Source: an uncultured bacterium
GTDB lineage: Bacteria > Bacillota > Clostridia > Oscillospirales > CAG-272
Assembly (NCBI GenBank): GCA_949282345.1
Contig: CASDOQ010000048.1
Location: forward strand, 17,309 to 81,308
Direction: 5' to 3'
DNA length: 64,000 bases
Positions within the stretch are counted from its first letter, which is position 1. Each line of letters opens with the position of its first letter. Position numbers and translations under genes: made by a program. Of this stretch, positions 44,654 through 54,389 are shown piece by piece. The notes under the pieces are model-generated. The model was not told the DNA's origin. It saw nothing but the letters and a program-made list of their open reading frames with translations, and searched no databases.

Positions 44654-44870
44654 CCCCCCTCCTATCTGCTGGGGAGCTACCGCCGGATCTGCGTGCCGCT
44701 GTCCCGGCGCGTCTTTCGCCGCTACCGTTTTTCACCGACTCCGGGCAGACGGACGCTTTTCGATCGCTTCGCTTTGGGATCGGCTTTCCGACCGGACGGC
44801 GGCTTTAACCCCGAGATTTTTCCATACGATCCATTATCCCTACGGAAATTCCATAGAAAGAAGAAAAAAT

Positions 44871-45149
44871 ATGATCAAACCTTCCATCGCTGAACTTACC
44901 CAAGGAAAATTCAACCGCTACGAACTGGTCATCGGCGCGGCCAAATGCGCCCGCCGCGTGACCGATGAATATGTGGAACAGCGCGCCCGCGCCGACCGCA
45001 TGGTGGCCAACCGCGAGACCGACAAGCCGCTCGCTTCGCTGATCGACAGCGAATACCGCGACCAGAAGGCCGTCAAGATTGCGATCAACCGGCTGGCTTC
45101 GGGGCGGTATACCATGTATCGCGCCGAACCCAAAAAGGACGGAGAATGA
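44871..45149 (+). CDS. rpoZ: DNA-directed RNA polymerase omega subunit
   Basis: 92 aa with an N-terminus of ...NRYELVIGAAKCARRV. In the conserved position before priA. The RBS is weak. Confidence 0.75.
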   Translation: MIKPSIAELTQGKFNRYELVIGAAKCARRVTDEYVEQRARADRMVANRETDKPLASLIDSEYRDQKAVKIAINRLASGRYTMYRAEPKKDGE

Positions 45150-45155
45150 TCCGGC

Positions 45156-47393
45156 GTGAGAGTCGCCGGGGTCTATCCTGTCGGCGTGCCGTACTGCGCT
45201 GACAGGCGATATGATTATATCCTTTGCGATTCTCTTGCCTCCGTGCGCCGCGGCAGCCTTGTCACGGTGCCTTTCGGCCGTGGAAACCGTCGTTATCCCG
45301 CCGTCGTCGCGTCTCTTTGCGAGCGGGAGGATACCGAGGGGCTGAAAGCCGTCCTTTCGGTCGAGGAGGATCGTTTCTCGCTGACGGAGGAACTTTTTTC
45401 GCTTGCTCTTTTTCTGCGGGAGCATACGCTTTGCCCGTTCGGAGACGCCGTGCGGGCCATTTTGCCGCCTGCGCTCTTGTCGGGCGGGGCGGCGTCGCAT
45501 ATCCGCACCCTGCCGCGCTACCGCCCGGCCGATGCCGGCGCGATCCCGGCGTTGCTTGCCTCGTCCCTCCGCAGTCGTGCCTACCGACAGGTGCTGGAAT
45601 ATCTTTCGGAGCATCCCTCGCTCGGGGGCAGAGAAGCGGCTTCGCTCGGGGTAAGCCCTGCCCAGCTCTCGGCCATGGTGAAGCATGGCTGGCTGACGGT
45701 CGAGCGCGAGGAGGAATTCCGGAATCCGTATGCCGGATACCGCGAGGGCGTGAAAGAGGCGATCGCCCTCTCCCGGGCGCAGCAAGAGGCGTATGCCGCG
45801 CTTTTGCGGCTTTACCGCCGGCATACCGCGTCGGCCGCTCTGCTTTTCGGCGTCACGGGAAGCGGAAAGACCCGCGTGATGATGAAATTGATGGATGAGG
45901 TGATCGCCGCCAAACGGCAGGTCATCCTGATGGTCCCCGAGATCGCGCTCACCCCGCAGACGGTCGGGATCTTCTGCCGCCGGTACGGGGAGCGGGTAGC
46001 CGTTATCCATTCCTCGCTCTCGGACGGGGAACGTTTCGATGCGTGGCGGCGCTGCCGCGAGGGCCTGGTCGATCTGGTGATCGGAACGCGCAGTGCGGTC
46101 TTTGCCCCGCTTCCCGATATCGGGCTGATCCTGTTGGATGAGGAGCATGAGCATACCTACAAATCCGATGCCGATCCGAAGTATCACGCGAGGGATGTGG
46201 CGGCGCACCGCGCGGCGTACCACCGCGCGCTGGTGATCTTCGCCTCCGCAACTCCCTCTCTCGAGAGTTTTTATAAGGCCGAAAAGGGGATCTATACCTT
46301 GGTTCCGCTCCGGGAGCGTTTCGGAGGAAAACGGCTTCCCGATGCCGAGATCGTCGATATGCGCAGTGAACTGCGCGCGGGCAATACCTCGCCCATCAGC
46401 GCGCGGTTGGCCGAGGAACTTTCCTGCCTTCCGGAGGCGGGGGAACAGGCCATCCTCTTTCTGAATCGCCGGGGATATCACGCGGTGCTTCATTGCCGAA
46501 ACTGCGGACACATTTTTGAATGTCCGAACTGCAGTGTTTCCATGACGCATCACAGCGAGGCCCGGGGAGAATATCTGCTTTGCCATACCTGCGGTCACCG
46601 GGAACCCTTACCGGGAAAATGCCCGGAATGCGGTGCGGCGAGCATCAGTTTTCTCGGGGCGGGTACCCAGCGCGCCGAGGGGGAACTCTCTACCCGATTC
46701 CCGACGCTCCGCGTGATGCGCATGGATGCGGACACGACCTCGACGAAGGCGTCCTACGAATCGATGCTCGAGGCTTTCCGCGCCGGGGAGGCAGACGTTC
46801 TGCTCGGCACCCAGATGGTGACGAAGGGGCATGATTTTCCCCGGGTCACGCTTTCCGGGGTACTCCTCGCGGACATCTCCCTGCATCTTCCGGATTTCCG
46901 TGCGGCGGAGAGGACCTTTTCGCTCCTCACACAGGTGATCGGCCGCGCCGGACGGGCCGACAGGGCGGGACACGCCGTCATACAGACCTATACGCCCGAA
47001 AACGACATCATCCGGCTGGCCTGCCTACAGGATTACGAGACCTTTTACCGCCGGGAGATCGCCCTGCGGCGCGAGCTGCTTTTTCCGCCTTTCTGCGATA
47101 TAGTGCAGATCAGCCAGAGTGGCATGCAGGAGGAAAAACTCAGAGCCGCGTCACGGGAGCTGGCCTCTTTTTTGGAGGCCTGCGTGCGGCAGGACTGCCC
47201 GAAAGAGCCGATGGTGATCTACGGCCCGTTCGAGGCACGCATTTATCGCTCGGAGGGGAAATACCGTCTCCGCATGATCATAAAATGTAAACTTAACCGT
47301 ACAACACGCGCACTTTTTAGCAGAATTCTGCGTGAATTCCCGCAAAAAGGCGGTGCGGTACTTTCGGTCGATCTCAACCCGACCGACTTGTAA
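45156..47393 (+). CDS. priA: primosomal replication-restart helicase PriA
   Basis: 745 aa with Walker A GVTGSGKT, DEEH, and a Cys-rich zinc insert (CRNCGHIFECPNCSVSM...CHTCGH...CPECG). GTG start. Confidence 0.92.
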   Translation: MRVAGVYPVGVPYCADRRYDYILCDSLASVRRGSLVTVPFGRGNRRYPAVVASLCEREDTEGLKAVLSVEEDRFSLTEELFSLALFLREHTLCPFGDAVRAILPPALLSGGAASHIRTLPRYRPADAGAIPALLASSLRSRAYRQVLEYLSEHPSLGGREAASLGVSPAQLSAMVKHGWLTVEREEEFRNPYAGYREGVKEAIALSRAQQEAYAALLRLYRRHTASAALLFGVTGSGKTRVMMKLMDEVIAAKRQVILMVPEIALTPQTVGIFCRRYGERVAVIHSSLSDGERFDAWRRCREGLVDLVIGTRSAVFAPLPDIGLILLDEEHEHTYKSDADPKYHARDVAAHRAAYHRALVIFASATPSLESFYKAEKGIYTLVPLRERFGGKRLPDAEIVDMRSELRAGNTSPISARLAEELSCLPEAGEQAILFLNRRGYHAVLHCRNCGHIFECPNCSVSMTHHSEARGEYLLCHTCGHREPLPGKCPECGAASISFLGAGTQRAEGELSTRFPTLRVMRMDADTTSTKASYESMLEAFRAGEADVLLGTQMVTKGHDFPRVTLSGVLLADISLHLPDFRAAERTFSLLTQVIGRAGRADRAGHAVIQTYTPENDIIRLACLQDYETFYRREIALRRELLFPPFCDIVQISQSGMQEEKLRAASRELASFLEACVRQDCPKEPMVIYGPFEARIYRSEGKYRLRMIIKCKLNRTTRALFSRILREFPQKGGAVLSVDLNPTDL

Positions 47394-47402
47394 GGAGGAA
47401 AT

Positions 47403-47876
47403 ATGGCAATACTCAGAATCGTCAAAGATGGAGACCCGATGCTGCGCAAGGTCAGCCGCCCCGTGGAGGAGATCACCCCGCGGATCCTGACGCTTTTGGA
47501 CGATATGACCGAAACCATGCATAAGGCGAACGGATGCGGTCTGGCCGCCGTGCAGGTGGGAGTGCTCCGCCGTGTGGTGGTGATTGAGGACGGGGACGGG
47601 CGTCTGTACGAACTGATCAATCCCCGGATCGTGGCGTATGCCGGAGAGCAGGAGGAGTGTGAGGGATGCCTGTCTATCCCCGGCGTGTGGGGCATTACCC
47701 GTCGCCCCTCGGCCGTGACCGTCCGTGCGCTTGACCGCAACGGGAATGAGGTCGAGTATACCGGCCACGGACTCCTCGCCCGTGCCTTTTGCCACGAACT
47801 TGACCATTTGGACGGAAAACTGTTTACCGACTGCATGATCCGCCGCGTCCGGGCGGATGAGGTAGAGACCGAATGA
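47403..47876 (+). CDS. def: peptide deformylase
   Basis: GCGLAAVQVG, EGCLS and HELDH motifs. Confidence 0.93.
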   Translation: MAILRIVKDGDPMLRKVSRPVEEITPRILTLLDDMTETMHKANGCGLAAVQVGVLRRVVVIEDGDGRLYELINPRIVAYAGEQEECEGCLSIPGVWGITRRPSAVTVRALDRNGNEVEYTGHGLLARAFCHELDHLDGKLFTDCMIRRVRADEVETE

Positions 47877-48847
47877 GGATCCTGTTCATGGGGACGCCGG
47901 AGATCGCGCGTACCTGCCTCGATGTGCTGGCGGGCGGCGGTCACACGATCGTCGGCGTGCTCTGTCAGCCTGATAAACCCGTTGGTCGCCGGCAGGTCCT
48001 CACGCCGCCGCCGGTCAAGGTGCGGGCGGAGGAACTGGGGATCCCGGTCTTTCAGCCGGCCACTCTTCGGGACGGGGCTGCCCTGCCGATCCTCGATGCG
48101 ACCCGTCCGGACGTTTGCATCGTGGTGGCATATGGAAAGATCCTGCCGCCCGAGGTACTGCAATATCCGCGTTACGGATGTCTCAATCTGCACGTATCGC
48201 TCCTGCCGCGTTATCGCGGCGCCGCCCCGATGCAACGCGCCATTATGGCCGGAGAACGCGAGACCGGCGTCTCTGTGATGTATATGGATGAGGGACTGGA
48301 CACGGGGGATATCCTCTCGCTGACCCGCTTCCCCATCGGGCCGGAGGACGACTTCGGTCGGGTCTGCGAACGCTCTGCCGCCATCGGCGCGGAGAAACTG
48401 CTCGAAGCCCTGGCCGCACTGGAGGCCGGGAACGCCCCGCGCGTGCCTCAGCCCGCCGAGGGAGCCAGTTATGCCGCCAAGATCACGAAAGAAGACTGTA
48501 TACTCGATTTTTCGCGCACGGCGGAGGAGCTGCTCTGCAAAATACGCGGGCTGTCGCCCGCCCCGCTGGCCTGTACCCGTCTGCCGGACGGTCGGAGCCT
48601 GAAGGTCGTCTCGGCCGCGCCGGGAGAGGGCGAGGATGCCTACGGCCGGTTGCTCTCCCCGGAGACGGCGGCAGGCGAGCCGGGGACCGTACTGGCGCTG
48701 GATACGGCGGGGATCGGAGCCGTTACAGTCGCCTGCGGAGCGGGAAGCCTGCGTCTTCTCCGCCTTTTGCCGGAGGGGAAAACAACCATGAACGCCGCCG
48801 ATTTTATCCGGGGGCGCAGGATCGCTGTCGGGGATCGGCTGGGCTGA
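47873..48847 (+). CDS. fmt: methionyl-tRNA formyltransferase
   Basis: Starts MRILFMGTPE, with NLHVSLLPRYRGAAP. ATGA overlap with def. Confidence 0.93.
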   Translation: MRILFMGTPEIARTCLDVLAGGGHTIVGVLCQPDKPVGRRQVLTPPPVKVRAEELGIPVFQPATLRDGAALPILDATRPDVCIVVAYGKILPPEVLQYPRYGCLNLHVSLLPRYRGAAPMQRAIMAGERETGVSVMYMDEGLDTGDILSLTRFPIGPEDDFGRVCERSAAIGAEKLLEALAALEAGNAPRVPQPAEGASYAAKITKEDCILDFSRTAEELLCKIRGLSPAPLACTRLPDGRSLKVVSAAPGEGEDAYGRLLSPETAAGEPGTVLALDTAGIGAVTVACGAGSLRLLRLLPEGKTTMNAADFIRGRRIAVGDRLG

Positions 48848-48863
48848 TCCCGAAGGAGGTTTT

Positions 48864-49565
48864 ATGTTTTTCGATATCTATTATCTGATCATCGTTCTGC
48901 CTTTCGTCATTCTTTCCCTGATCGCATCCGCACGGGTGAGGAGCACCTTCAATCGTTACAGCCGGATCCCGACGGTGCGCGGCATCACCGGCGCCGAAGC
49001 GGCCCGCATGGTCTTGGAGCGGAACGGGGTGAGCGGGGTGGAGATCCGCCGCGTTTCGGGAAAGCTCACCGACCATTATAATCCGAAAGACAATGCGATC
49101 TATCTTTCCGAAGAGGTTTACGACAGCCGGAGCGCCGCCGCTTGCGGCGTCGCCGCGCACGAGGCGGGGCACGCCGTGCAGTACGCCGAGGAATACCTGC
49201 CGGCCAAGATACGCCTCAGTATCGTTCCGGCCACCAATATCGCCTCTTCCGCCGGCATCTATCTGATCCTCATCGGTCTGATCTTTGCCAATACTTTCAT
49301 CGGTTACCTTGCCTACGTCGGGATCCTTCTTTTTTCGATGACCGTACTCTTTCAGCTCGTGACGTTGCCGGTAGAGTTCAATGCCTCCCGCCGTGCGATG
49401 GTCGCCCTGCGGGAAAGCGGATTGATGACCCGCGAGGAAGAGAGCGGGGCGGGGCGCGTTCTCCGCGCCGCCGCCATGACCTACGTAGCGGCACTGGCCG
49501 TTGCCTTTGCACAGCTTCTCCGGCTGATCCTGATCGTCAGCCACGCCAATGACCGCCGCGGGTAA
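48864..49565 (+). CDS. YugP-type membrane zinc metallopeptidase
   Basis: HEAGHAVQ motif with an N-terminal TM segment and C-terminal TM segments. Confidence 0.8.
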   Translation: MFFDIYYLIIVLPFVILSLIASARVRSTFNRYSRIPTVRGITGAEAARMVLERNGVSGVEIRRVSGKLTDHYNPKDNAIYLSEEVYDSRSAAACGVAAHEAGHAVQYAEEYLPAKIRLSIVPATNIASSAGIYLILIGLIFANTFIGYLAYVGILLFSMTVLFQLVTLPVEFNASRRAMVALRESGLMTREEESGAGRVLRAAAMTYVAALAVAFAQLLRLILIVSHANDRRG

Positions 49566-50871
49566 GGACCCGCGCCGGTCGGTACTTTCGCTTCTTTTGC
49601 AGGGGCGAGAAAATGGCGGGTATGCCAATCTGGCCGTGCAGGGAGAAGAAATGACGGCGCTCCCGCCGCGGGAGCGCGCCTTTGCAACGGCGCTTTTTTA
49701 CGGCGTGACCGAACGCCGCCTGACGCTTGAATATTATACGGGAGTCCTCACGGCGCGTTCTCCCGACGCACTGTCGGCTCACACGGCTATCCTCGTACAG
49801 ATGGGGCTCTATCAGCTCCTTTATATGGGGGGCATTCCCCCGCATGCGGCGGTATACGAGACGGTTGCTCTTGCTGAAAATCCCGGGGAAGCCGCCCTCG
49901 TCAATGCGGCCTTGCGGCGTGCCCTCCGGGAGGCGGCGGCACTCGGTCCTCCGCCCCGCACGCGCGACCTCTGTCGCCATCTTTCGATCGCGTACTCGAT
50001 CCCGCGCCCGACGGTGAAGTATTTTCTCGGTCGGCTCGGCGAGAAGGAATGCGAGGCTTTTTTGGCGGCCTGTAACCGCAAACCGCCGCTCTCTTTGCGG
50101 GTCAATACCCTGCGCATCGGCCGACGGGAATTTCTTGAACGGCTGACGGCCGCCGGCTACGAGGCCCATCCCGACCCGCTTTCGGCATACGGGATAGAAC
50201 TCGTCGGTCCGGCCGCCCCTGCCGAACTGCCGGGATATCCCGAGGGACTTTTTTTCGTACAGGATACCGCCTCCCAGTTGGAAGGGGCGGTATTGGCTCC
50301 GCTCCCCGGGGAAAAGATCCTCGACCTCTGCGCCTGCCCCGGGGGAAAATCCTTCGGCGCGGCGATCGAGATGCGGGACGACGGGCGCGTGGAAGCCCGC
50401 GATCTTCATGCCAGCAAACTCCCGCTGATTCGCACGGGGGCCGAACGGCTGGGGCTTACCGCCGTACATACCAAGGAGTCTGATGCCACGCAGAGCGACC
50501 CGGCCGATACCGGGGCGTTTGACCGTGTGATCTGCGACGTTCCTTGTTCGGGGCTCGGCGTGCTGGCGAAGAAGCCCGACCTACGTTATCGCGGCTTTTC
50601 GGGACAGGAAGAACTGATTGCCGTTCAGCGCCGTATTCTGGAGAACGCGGCGAGGGCCGTTCGCCCGGGGGGCGTGCTGGTCTATTCGACCTGCACCCTG
50701 ACGCAGGAAGAGAATGAGGAGGCGGTCGCATTCTTTCTCTCCTCCCGCCCGGATTTTTCGGCAGAGGATTTTTCGGTCGGAGGGCTGACGTCCTCGGGCG
50801 GGATGCTGACGCTCTGGCCGCATATTCATCATACCGACGGCTTTTTTCTTGCAAAACTAAGGAGAATCTGA
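49549..50871 (+). CDS. rsmB: 16S rRNA (cytosine967-C5)-methyltransferase
   Basis: NusB-like N-terminal domain plus an m5C methyltransferase core (DLCACPGGKS, DVPCSGLG, YSTCT). Confidence 0.9.
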   Translation: MTAAGKDPRRSVLSLLLQGRENGGYANLAVQGEEMTALPPRERAFATALFYGVTERRLTLEYYTGVLTARSPDALSAHTAILVQMGLYQLLYMGGIPPHAAVYETVALAENPGEAALVNAALRRALREAAALGPPPRTRDLCRHLSIAYSIPRPTVKYFLGRLGEKECEAFLAACNRKPPLSLRVNTLRIGRREFLERLTAAGYEAHPDPLSAYGIELVGPAAPAELPGYPEGLFFVQDTASQLEGAVLAPLPGEKILDLCACPGGKSFGAAIEMRDDGRVEARDLHASKLPLIRTGAERLGLTAVHTKESDATQSDPADTGAFDRVICDVPCSGLGVLAKKPDLRYRGFSGQEELIAVQRRILENAARAVRPGGVLVYSTCTLTQEENEEAVAFFLSSRPDFSAEDFSVGGLTSSGGMLTLWPHIHHTDGFFLAKLRRI

Positions 50872-50872
50872 G

Positions 50873-51928
50873 ATGCAGGACTTACTGGCGCTTTTCCCCG
50901 AAGAGATCGGGGCGATCATGCGCGAATGGGGGGAGCCCTCCTTCCGCGCCGCACAGATATTCCGCCACGTGACGGCGGGAGACCGCCCCTCGGCGATGAC
51001 GACCCTGCCGAAGGCTCTCCGCACGCGGATCGAAAACGAATTTTCATGGCGCTTGCCTTCGGTGGAAGAAAAACTCTCTTCGCGTATCGACGGAACCGTG
51101 AAATATCTTTTCCGTCTCTTTGACGGGGAATGTGTGGAAAGCGTCCTGATGCGCTATCATCACGGAAACACCCTCTGCGTTTCAAGTCAGGTAGGATGCC
51201 GGATGGGATGCCGTTTCTGCGCTTCGACCCTCGGTGGTCGGGTACGCGATCTCTACGCTTCTGAGATCCTCGGCCAGGTGATTGCCGCCACCCGCGAGAG
51301 CGGGGAGCGCATCTCCCATATCGTGATGATGGGGATCGGAGAGCCACTCGACAATTACGACAACGTACTTCGCTTCCTTCGCCTTGTCAATCGGCCGGAC
51401 GGGCTTTCGATTGGATACCGCCATATTTCGCTTTCCACCTGCGGGCTGGCGGACGGCATCCGCCGTCTGGCGGAGGAGAATCTTCCGATCACGCTTTCGA
51501 TCTCCCTGCACGCCGCGACCGATGAAAAGCGCTCGGCCATCATGCCGGTGAACCGCCGCTACCCAATCGCCGAACTGATGGATGCCTGCCGCGCCTATTA
51601 CCGTGCGACCGGCCGCCGCATTTCTTTTGAATATACCTTGATCGCCGGGCAGAATGACAGCGCGGAGGATGCCGCGACGCTGGCCGCGCTTCTGCGGCGT
51701 ACCGTGGGGGCGGAGGATGCTCCGATCCACGTGAATCTGATCCGCGCCAACCGGGTGGAAGAAACCGGCTTTTCGGGTACCGGGGTCGCCGAAGCCAATG
51801 CGTTTGCCGCCCGTCTGACCTCGCTCGGGATCACCGCTACGGTGCGCCGCCGCCTCGGTAGCGACGTGAACGCCGCCTGCGGTCAGCTTCGCCGGTCGCG
51901 CCAACGCCGGGAGGAGGCCGGACAATAA
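50873..51928 (+). CDS. rlmN: 23S rRNA/tRNA (adenine-C2)-methyltransferase, radical SAM
   Basis: CRMGCRFC radical-SAM cluster motif. 351 aa. Confidence 0.92.
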   Translation: MQDLLALFPEEIGAIMREWGEPSFRAAQIFRHVTAGDRPSAMTTLPKALRTRIENEFSWRLPSVEEKLSSRIDGTVKYLFRLFDGECVESVLMRYHHGNTLCVSSQVGCRMGCRFCASTLGGRVRDLYASEILGQVIAATRESGERISHIVMMGIGEPLDNYDNVLRFLRLVNRPDGLSIGYRHISLSTCGLADGIRRLAEENLPITLSISLHAATDEKRSAIMPVNRRYPIAELMDACRAYYRATGRRISFEYTLIAGQNDSAEDAATLAALLRRTVGAEDAPIHVNLIRANRVEETGFSGTGVAEANAFAARLTSLGITATVRRRLGSDVNAACGQLRRSRQRREEAGQ

Positions 51929-52644
51929 TGCATTTTTTTGCCAACAGCGATCCCGGCCTTTGCCGCCTGGGAAACGAAGATACATACCTCAGTCATACCC
52001 TGCCGGACGGCCGTTTCTTTTTCGCGGTCTTTGACGGGATGGGCGGCGCCCGGGGCGGAGAAGTGGCGGCGCGGACCGCCGCCGACTCGTTCCTTGACGT
52101 GATGCGCGGGGCGGCGCAGGAAGAGAATACGGCGCTCCTCTACCGTGCGGTGACAAGGGCCGACCTTGCGATCAAAGAGGCGGCGACCAAAAACCCTGCT
52201 CTTGCCGGGATGGGAACGACGGTTACCGCCGCGATTCTCGACGGCGGATCGGCCGACATCCTGAATATCGGGGACAGCCGCGCGTACCTTTTCGGCGCAG
52301 GGGGGCTTCGCCGCCTCACGCGGGACGATTCCTACGTGGAAATGCTCGTGGAGAGCGGGATACTTACGCCCGACGCCGCCCGCATCCATCCGCGCCGTCA
52401 CGTGATTACCCGCGCCGTCGGCGCGCTGGACGGGGGAGCCGTCACGCCGCATCGGTTCCGGCTTTTTCCCGGGGACAGTCTGCTTTTATGTACGGACGGA
52501 CTGCACGGAATGGTGGAAGATGAGCGCATCGGCCGCATCCTGGCCCAGAACCTTCCTCCGGCGGAAACCGTGGGATATCTGATCGCCGCCGCCAACGAAA
52601 ACGGCGGAGAGGACAACATCACGGCCGTACTTATACGAATGTAA
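51928..52644 (+). CDS. PP2C-family Ser/Thr protein phosphatase (Stp/PrpC)
   Basis: NEDT..., DGMGG and GGEDNIT motifs. Paired with the kinase gene downstream. Confidence 0.88.
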   Translation: MHFFANSDPGLCRLGNEDTYLSHTLPDGRFFFAVFDGMGGARGGEVAARTAADSFLDVMRGAAQEENTALLYRAVTRADLAIKEAATKNPALAGMGTTVTAAILDGGSADILNIGDSRAYLFGAGGLRRLTRDDSYVEMLVESGILTPDAARIHPRRHVITRAVGALDGGAVTPHRFRLFPGDSLLLCTDGLHGMVEDERIGRILAQNLPPAETVGYLIAAANENGGEDNITAVLIRM

Positions 52645-52670
52645 AAGATACTTTACCGAAAGGAGAGACT

Positions 52671-54389
52671 ATGCATCGCTATCAACCCGGTACCACCGTG
52701 GCGGGCCATTATACGATTACCGGCCTTCTCGGAAGCGGGGGTACTTCCTCGGTTTACCGTGCGCGGGACGCGCTGATGAACCGTACCGTTGCCATCAAAA
52801 TACTGGATAAGGACAACGCCCGTCTGTCGGCCCGCGGCTTTTCCGTCGAGTCACGGGCGGCGGCCGTCCTTTCTCACCCGAATATCGTCAACGTGTATGA
52901 CATCCTGGACACCTCGGATGAAAAGTATATCATCATGGAATATATTTACGGGATCACGTTGCGCGAATATCTCGATCATCATGGGCATCTGTCGGTAAAG
53001 GAGAGCATCAGCTGCGCCCGACAGGTTCTCGCCGCGCTGAACGCCGCGCACAGCCATGGGATCGTTCACCGTGATATCAAACCGGGAAATATTCTGATCA
53101 CCACAGAAGGGCGCATCAAGGTGACCGACTTCGGGATTGCCCGTCTGCCGGGCAAGGACAGCTTCCTGATGCCCGACCGCACGGTAGGGACGGTGCATTA
53201 TATCAGCCCCGAGCAGGCCGCCGGCGGCAGTGTGGACGAGCGGAGCGACCTGTATTCTCTCGGGATCGTGCTCTATGAGATGCTGACCGGCCGCCGCCCC
53301 TTTGAAGCGGCCGACCCCGCCGAGGTCCTTTCGATGCAGAGGACGGCCCGTCCGACACCGCCTACCTGTCTGAATCCCGATATCCCCGGCGAGGTTGAAA
53401 AGATCATCCTCTGCGCGCTCGAAAAGGATCCGGCCGCCCGCTTTGACAGCGCGGCCGAAATGATCCGGCTTTTAGACAAGCTCCCCGGACATTCGCTCAC
53501 CGGGGCTGTCCGTCCGTTGGTGGCCGACACCTCGGCCTATCGCCGGATGACAGAAAAGAATAATGAAAGCACCGAACACGACCTGCCCCGCGTTCTCGGA
53601 AACCGCCGTACCATCCCCGAAAAGAAGGTGCCGGTCGGGAAGGTGCCGCTGGTGGGGGAAGTACCGCTTTCGCGCCCTGTGGTTTCCCCTGCCCGGAATA
53701 CCGCGAAAAAAGAGGAGAAGAAACGCGAATTTGCCGAGAAGCTGGCGGCCTCGGAGCCCTCTGCCGCACCGTATGCGGAACGTGACGTTCTTGCTTCTTT
53801 CACGGCGCACGACACGGTGGATATCATGAATCTTTCCTCTTCCGCCCGTACCGCCGAGGCATATACCGATGATTTTTCTCCTCTGCAAAGAGTTCCGATC
53901 GGGGGGCAGAAAAACGCCGGCGAGGCACCCGGGGAACAACCCCGCCGGGAAACGTTGAAAGTGAGAAATGCCGCCGCTCCCGAGGCCCGACAGCGGGGGG
54001 ACGACGGGCATTTTCCCGGCCGGGAGAAAAAAGAGGCGACCCCCTCCCCGGGAAAGAGCCGCCCGTCCGGGAAAAAGCCGAGTTCGGTTGCGGGAGACGG
54101 CCGTCCGTATGAAATACTGGCTTTGGTGGCGGCCGCCGTGCTCTTGCTCATCCTCGTGGTTTCAATCGCCGTCAATGCCTCGAAGGAAAGAGCCGCCGGT
54201 GTCTCTTCGCCGGGGCAGTCCGTTGCCTCGGTTCTGCCGTCGGCGGATCCGGAATCTCTGACCGACGCCGGGAGAAATCCGGGCGTTTTTCGGGCGGACG
54301 GCGCGGAGGCCGTAGCACTTGGCGCCGGTCATCGCCTGTTCACGGCGACCCGGGACGCATCGGCCTTTTTGCGGGGAGTGACTCTATGA
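52671..54389 (+). CDS. Hanks-type Ser/Thr protein kinase (PrkC/PknB-like) with one TM helix and a short ectodomain lacking PASTA repeats
   Basis: Kinase motifs VAIK, HRDIKPGN, DFGIA and SPEQ. TM helix ILALVAAAVLLLILVVSIAV, followed by only about 70 residues. Confidence 0.88.
   Translation: MHRYQPGTTVAGHYTITGLLGSGGTSSVYRARDALMNRTVAIKILDKDNARLSARGFSVESRAAAVLSHPNIVNVYDILDTSDEKYIIMEYIYGITLREYLDHHGHLSVKESISCARQVLAALNAAHSHGIVHRDIKPGNILITTEGRIKVTDFGIARLPGKDSFLMPDRTVGTVHYISPEQAAGGSVDERSDLYSLGIVLYEMLTGRRPFEAADPAEVLSMQRTARPTPPTCLNPDIPGEVEKIILCALEKDPAARFDSAAEMIRLLDKLPGHSLTGAVRPLVADTSAYRRMTEKNNESTEHDLPRVLGNRRTIPEKKVPVGKVPLVGEVPLSRPVVSPARNTAKKEEKKREFAEKLAASEPSAAPYAERDVLASFTAHDTVDIMNLSSSARTAEAYTDDFSPLQRVPIGGQKNAGEAPGEQPRRETLKVRNAAAPEARQRGDDGHFPGREKKEATPSPGKSRPSGKKPSSVAGDGRPYEILALVAAAVLLLILVVSIAVNASKERAAGVSSPGQSVASVLPSADPESLTDAGRNPGVFRADGAEAVALGAGHRLFTATRDASAFLRGVTL

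Noticed and set aside
44654-44870. A degraded gmk remnant between remA and rpoZ.
   Set aside because: None of the three forward frames shows a P-loop or any guanylate-kinase-like stretch. The frames are short and Arg/Pro-rich.
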